Source of the DNA: a virus
Taxonomy: Duplodnaviria; Caudoviricetes
Length of the DNA stretch: 64,000 nucleotides
Virus record (IMG/VR): IMGVR_UViG_3300011832_000025
Strand: one strand, 5' to 3'
Position numbers and translations under genes: made by a program. Under the pieces are notes generated by a model, which saw only the letters and a program-made list of their open reading frames with translations, searched no databases and was not told where the DNA came from. Below, one piece after another: positions 60,350 through 64,000 of this stretch; position 1 is the first letter of the stretch, and the number at the start of each line of letters is the position of its first letter.

Positions 60350-60603
60350 AACTACCTATACAAAGGGCCTTTTCGCCAATCATATCAATATTTGGCAATT
60401 TTTGCAAAATGGGTTAGAATTTTTTTAATGTGAGATCTTTTGGAAAACCTCGAAAAACCAAAAAAACACACATGACTTTAAATATTTTTGGAAATTAGCT
60501 CGAAAATGATAAGGTTGGTTGCGCGTTGATACCCCGCAGATAAAAATGTAACGGGGATAGGGCGGACAAATAAGAATTGTGCCTCATAAAACAGGAATGT
60601 ACT

Positions 60604-61323
60604 ATGTTGTTGGTGGTGATTGATAAAAACGGGTGTACGGGCCGATCCATGCCCCACTGGATAGCAGAAAGCCCCTCCTCCTGGGAAATGTGGGAAGACC
60701 CATTCGCCCCCACCAACAAATTTTGGAACGTCTGGAACAAAGCCTCCGAAAGTTGGGACCCCACTGAGGGGGTTATACTTGTAGACCGGTGCAATCAATG
60801 GTTGGGAAGCGTACAAAATCGGTGCTCCGTATTGCAGTTTCACGCGTTGGATTTTCACCCCCTTGAAAATTCTCTTATTTGTTTTTCTTTGAAGAAATTG
60901 TGGAAAATGAAACGCTTTACCCAATACAACAATTGCGACGGGTTAGACCGGGACGAAATTTTTAAATTGCGCATGAATTTTAATCACAATCTTCAACCTT
61001 TGCCCTTGTGGGTGCAAAACGAAGAAGACTTTCTTCGACACTTGGAAAAAGAAAGCTTATATCCAGGGGCTCCTTTATTGTTACCATTGGATCCTCCCGT
61101 TGGATGGAAATTTGAAGAGTGGAATAAAAATCCAGTGGGGTACGCCGAAATTTTAGAGCGGATCCTCTCTCAAACCGATTTGCCGACAAAGGCCATTGAC
61201 CTGTGGACACACGTCTTTCCTGGCGCCCAAGAAGCAGCATTGCGTGTTAAGCAAAAAAAAATATTAACAAAAGAAGTCTCTATGGTGGAAAACCCACTTG
61301 CCTATAAAACCAAGAAATTGTGA
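60604..61323 (+). CDS. hypothetical protein, paralog of 61854 (TKKL tail)
   Basis: V.ID..G..G, FW..W..A, VD...QW.GS.Q and PPVGW shared with 61854. Confidence 0.75.
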   Translation: MLLVVIDKNGCTGRSMPHWIAESPSSWEMWEDPFAPTNKFWNVWNKASESWDPTEGVILVDRCNQWLGSVQNRCSVLQFHALDFHPLENSLICFSLKKLWKMKRFTQYNNCDGLDRDEIFKLRMNFNHNLQPLPLWVQNEEDFLRHLEKESLYPGAPLLLPLDPPVGWKFEEWNKNPVGYAEILERILSQTDLPTKAIDLWTHVFPGAQEAALRVKQKKILTKEVSMVENPLAYKTKKL

Positions 61324-61329
61324 GGAAAA

Positions 61330-61812
61330 ATGAATATTGATATCGATGTTGTAACCACCCGAATCGCTCAAAATATTAAAATTTTACAAGAAGCGTTTTC
61401 TGATCAGGAGTTTGGGGCCTCTGTCCAAGAGGGTGATGAAACCATTTGGATAATGGGGGCGACCAGCGCCATCGAGGAATTTGTGAAAACAATGGTGCCC
61501 GTTTTGTTGTCCGATGATGAAGACACAGGGCTAAATGTTGAAATGAAATTGAATGCATTGGATTGCGCTTGCTCTATGTTGGCGATTTGCATTGCCGACG
61601 AGAATCAAGATTTACCCGCCAAAATTGTGGTTTCCAACGCAAGCAAAATGAGTGGGGAAGACGAAGGGGATGAGCCGCTGGTCATTGATGCCCAGGGGTT
61701 TGCCGCTTATATTTTGAGAAACTACCAAGAGCAGCTCAAAATTTTAAAAATGGTGTCGTACAGTGTAGACGCGGCGATATCCTCGCCGAGGAAAAAGAAA
61801 CACAAAATGTAA
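61330..61812 (+). CDS. acidic hypothetical protein (KHKM tail)
   Basis: GAGG RBS; 160 aa. Confidence 0.75.
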   Translation: MNIDIDVVTTRIAQNIKILQEAFSDQEFGASVQEGDETIWIMGATSAIEEFVKTMVPVLLSDDEDTGLNVEMKLNALDCACSMLAICIADENQDLPAKIVVSNASKMSGEDEGDEPLVIDAQGFAAYILRNYQEQLKILKMVSYSVDAAISSPRKKKHKM

Positions 61813-61853
61813 GCACAGGGCTTTAAAAAGAAGAACACCAAAAGGTGGTTAAA

Positions 61854-62588
61854 ATGGTAATTGTATTGATTGATGACCAGGGCGCGCGCGGCAAGTTGAT
61901 GGATTTGTCCGATGGAGGTTTTGTGGGAGCCCCTTACAGTGTTCCCAACTTTGCGCATCCGTTTTGGATAAAATGGGAAAACGCCCCAGATGTTGCCCTT
62001 GCCCCTTTGCTGCGGACCAGTGGCGCGGCGGATGTGCAAATGGTTGTGGTGGACACCCTCCAGCAATGGATTGGGTCTTGCCAGTCGTATTCGGCCGCCA
62101 ATGTGTATTTTCCGTCCACCCACCAAATGTACTTAGACTACCCCAGCCAAACCCTCAAAGAAATCGAAGACCTGTTTGTCCAAAATCGGTTTTCCCATTA
62201 TCTGGTGGATCCGCAAGGCGAGGTGGTGGAAGAGAATATACAATCTTACACTACCCAAGAGTTGTCTTGTTTTGAAAATCTGCGTTGCGCAATTAAAGAG
62301 CGCCGGGGCGGGGAAGATTACGAAGGCATGCCCATTCGCTTGTTGGTTAATCCCCCTGTTGGGTGGAACCACTTCTCCCTTTCGGGTGGGACTGGGTTTG
62401 CAACCCTTCTGCGCCATCTGTTCCCTGTCCATGATTTCACCGCCCAAGAAGAAGACGCATGGGTGAGGGCCGACCCCCGCCTTCAAGAGGTTTTTGATGA
62501 CCACCGCGCGGGCGTGCAGCGCGCTGTGTTGCAGAATGCTCTTGTAGCTGTTCCACCTTTACCGCCGCTCTCCAAACGCAAGATATAA
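61854..62588 (+). CDS. hypothetical protein, paralog of 60604 (KRKI tail)
   Basis: Shared motifs including PPVGW. Confidence 0.75.
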   Translation: MVIVLIDDQGARGKLMDLSDGGFVGAPYSVPNFAHPFWIKWENAPDVALAPLLRTSGAADVQMVVVDTLQQWIGSCQSYSAANVYFPSTHQMYLDYPSQTLKEIEDLFVQNRFSHYLVDPQGEVVEENIQSYTTQELSCFENLRCAIKERRGGEDYEGMPIRLLVNPPVGWNHFSLSGGTGFATLLRHLFPVHDFTAQEEDAWVRADPRLQEVFDDHRAGVQRAVLQNALVAVPPLPPLSKRKI

Positions 62589-62758
62589 GACAAGCTTGTC
62601 AAAAGTAGCTTGTGAAATCTTCTTACCGCAAAATGTGACACGGTTCACAACTTGATGGATGCCGCATTTAAAAAACGATTGACAGAAAAACCTCCCATTC
62701 AGTATCATTTGTCAATCAGCAGCCCACTTAGGGGCTGCTTTTTTTAGGGGAGAATTAA

Positions 62759-64000
62759 ATGCCGCACCACCGTTCCGCAAGCCGCTTCAATTTGGGACGC
62801 AGCACCCTGGCGTTGGCCTTGGGGTTGATCTTGTTTGCCCCTCACGCCCGCAGCCAAACCCTGACGTTAAACGCCCCAGGCGACAACACCGCCAGCTCTG
62901 AAGATTATCTCAACTACAGTGACTTGGTGGTTCAAAACGGTGTCTGGCATTTGCACGGCCCATTGGTAAGCGGAAGCGCCACGTTGCGCGGCGGAACCAC
63001 TGTGTGGTTGAACGACGGCACCAACTTGGGCAGCGGTTTAACCACATTTGAAGGAGCAACCATCCAAGCGCAGGCCTCTCAAATTGCTCTCGATCAACAG
63101 ATTCGTTTGCAAGTGGGCGGCATGGTGGTCGACGGACCCAACAAGCTCATCTTTAACAACACCATTTCCGGGGGTGGTGGGTTAAACAAAATCGGGAGTG
63201 GAGAAACGGTGTTGCGCGCAACCAACACATACACCGCCTACACCATGATTGGGAACGGTGTGTTGAATGTCCAAGCCAACGGCGCCACCAGCACCGGCGT
63301 GTTGACCTTCAATGGCAGCGGCAATGGCGTGTTGCGCAGCAGTGGTCAAAATATTGGGTTGAACAACTTTTTTGTCAACATGGCCACCGCAGGAACCATT
63401 GACGCGCAAACCGATTTGACCTTCAGCGGACGCATTGGCGGCAGCGGAACCCTGACCAAAACCGGAGCGGGGCGTTTGCGTTTTAATGGGCCGTGGATCA
63501 ACTTTGGCAACGTGGTGTTGCAAGACGGAACAATTGATATGGCCTCCAACCCAGAATTGGGCGGCGGGAGCCTAATTGTGTACAAGGGCTCGCTGGACAG
63601 CGATGTGGATCAAATGTTTTACAACCCCGTGGTGTTGAACGGGGCCTTGACCATGTCCAGTCTAAAAAATTGGAATTTTGCCGGCGGTATGTCCGGCGCC
63701 GGGGACTTGGTGTTGACCGCCCCAAGCACCACAACTCTCAGCGGAGTGAACACCTCCAGTGGCAATGTTGTGGTGCGCAACGGGGTGCTGGCGCTGGCTT
63801 CGGCTCAATCCATGGGCGTGTCGGGCGCGCTTGTGTTGGACGGTGGGGTTCTCACCAACACCACCAGTTTGAACAACACCTTCCGATTGCTGGACATCCA
63901 ACGCAACTCCACAATCACCGCGGCCCACGACTGGTCCCTGACCGCTGCGCTCAGCGGAGCGGACACGGTTCGGAAAGACGGCAGCGGCACGCTCACCTTG
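62759..64000 (+). CDS. autotransporter/adhesin with passenger-associated (PATR) repeats, 3'-truncated by the window edge
   Basis: Signal peptide MPHHRS...LALALGLILFAPHARS; repeats GGLNKIGSGETVLRATNTY, GTLTKTGAGRL and VRKDGSGTLTL; not in the ORF track because there is no stop in the window. Confidence 0.85.
   Translation, partial: MPHHRSASRFNLGRSTLALALGLILFAPHARSQTLTLNAPGDNTASSEDYLNYSDLVVQNGVWHLHGPLVSGSATLRGGTTVWLNDGTNLGSGLTTFEGATIQAQASQIALDQQIRLQVGGMVVDGPNKLIFNNTISGGGGLNKIGSGETVLRATNTYTAYTMIGNGVLNVQANGATSTGVLTFNGSGNGVLRSSGQNIGLNNFFVNMATAGTIDAQTDLTFSGRIGGSGTLTKTGAGRLRFNGPWINFGNVVLQDGTIDMASNPELGGGSLIVYKGSLDSDVDQMFYNPVVLNGALTMSSLKNWNFAGGMSGAGDLVLTAPSTTTLSGVNTSSGNVVVRNGVLALASAQSMGVSGALVLDGGVLTNTTSLNNTFRLLDIQRNSTITAAHDWSLTAALSGADTVRKDGSGTLTL

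Noticed and set aside
3681-62588. C-terminal tails as peroxisomal PTS1 signals
   Set aside because: The -3 residue is mostly K, R or L rather than S, A or C; only one tail (AKL) fits.

Overview
This 64-kb window looks like part of a large mobile replicon (megaplasmid or jumbo-phage-like) rather than a core chromosome. It has about 80 mostly short, often monocistronic ORFan genes, and I found no rRNA, no canonical tRNA and no housekeeping operons. The chemoreceptor ending in NWQEF and the autotransporter suggest a gammaproteobacterial, possibly Xanthomonadales, host; this is inference. Recognisable cargo includes a soluble tandem-AAA FtsH-like M41 protease, AbiEii-type and HipBA toxin-antitoxin pairs, a DEDDh exonuclease, an AlkB-like dioxygenase, a minimal HisRS split by a TnpB element, a divergent short uS2 paralog, a large SF1 helicase/nuclease, DUF305, AIM24, YiaAB, bactofilin, an MCP and a PATR autotransporter. 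Three things stand out. (1) A 1,904-bp TnpB element in hisS has left and right ends that base-pair around the tnpB ORF. An ORF-less sibling at about 2870-3490 shares an 87%-identical 71-nt left end with a compensatory base change, the same upstream TTTG(C) motif and the same helix architecture, and it sits inside a promoter-to-terminator noncoding unit. (2) At least 31 mostly unrelated proteins end in a basic tail closing in [K/R]-[M/I/L]-stop, which is absent from signal-peptide and host-like proteins; this suggests a replicon-wide C-terminal targeting signal. (3) A translation-related cluster at 20.9-27.3 kb holds a His-type attenuator, the mini-HisRS, a small RNA, a tRNA-like RNA and the uS2 paralog. 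All alignments and foldings were done by eye and no database searches were run.
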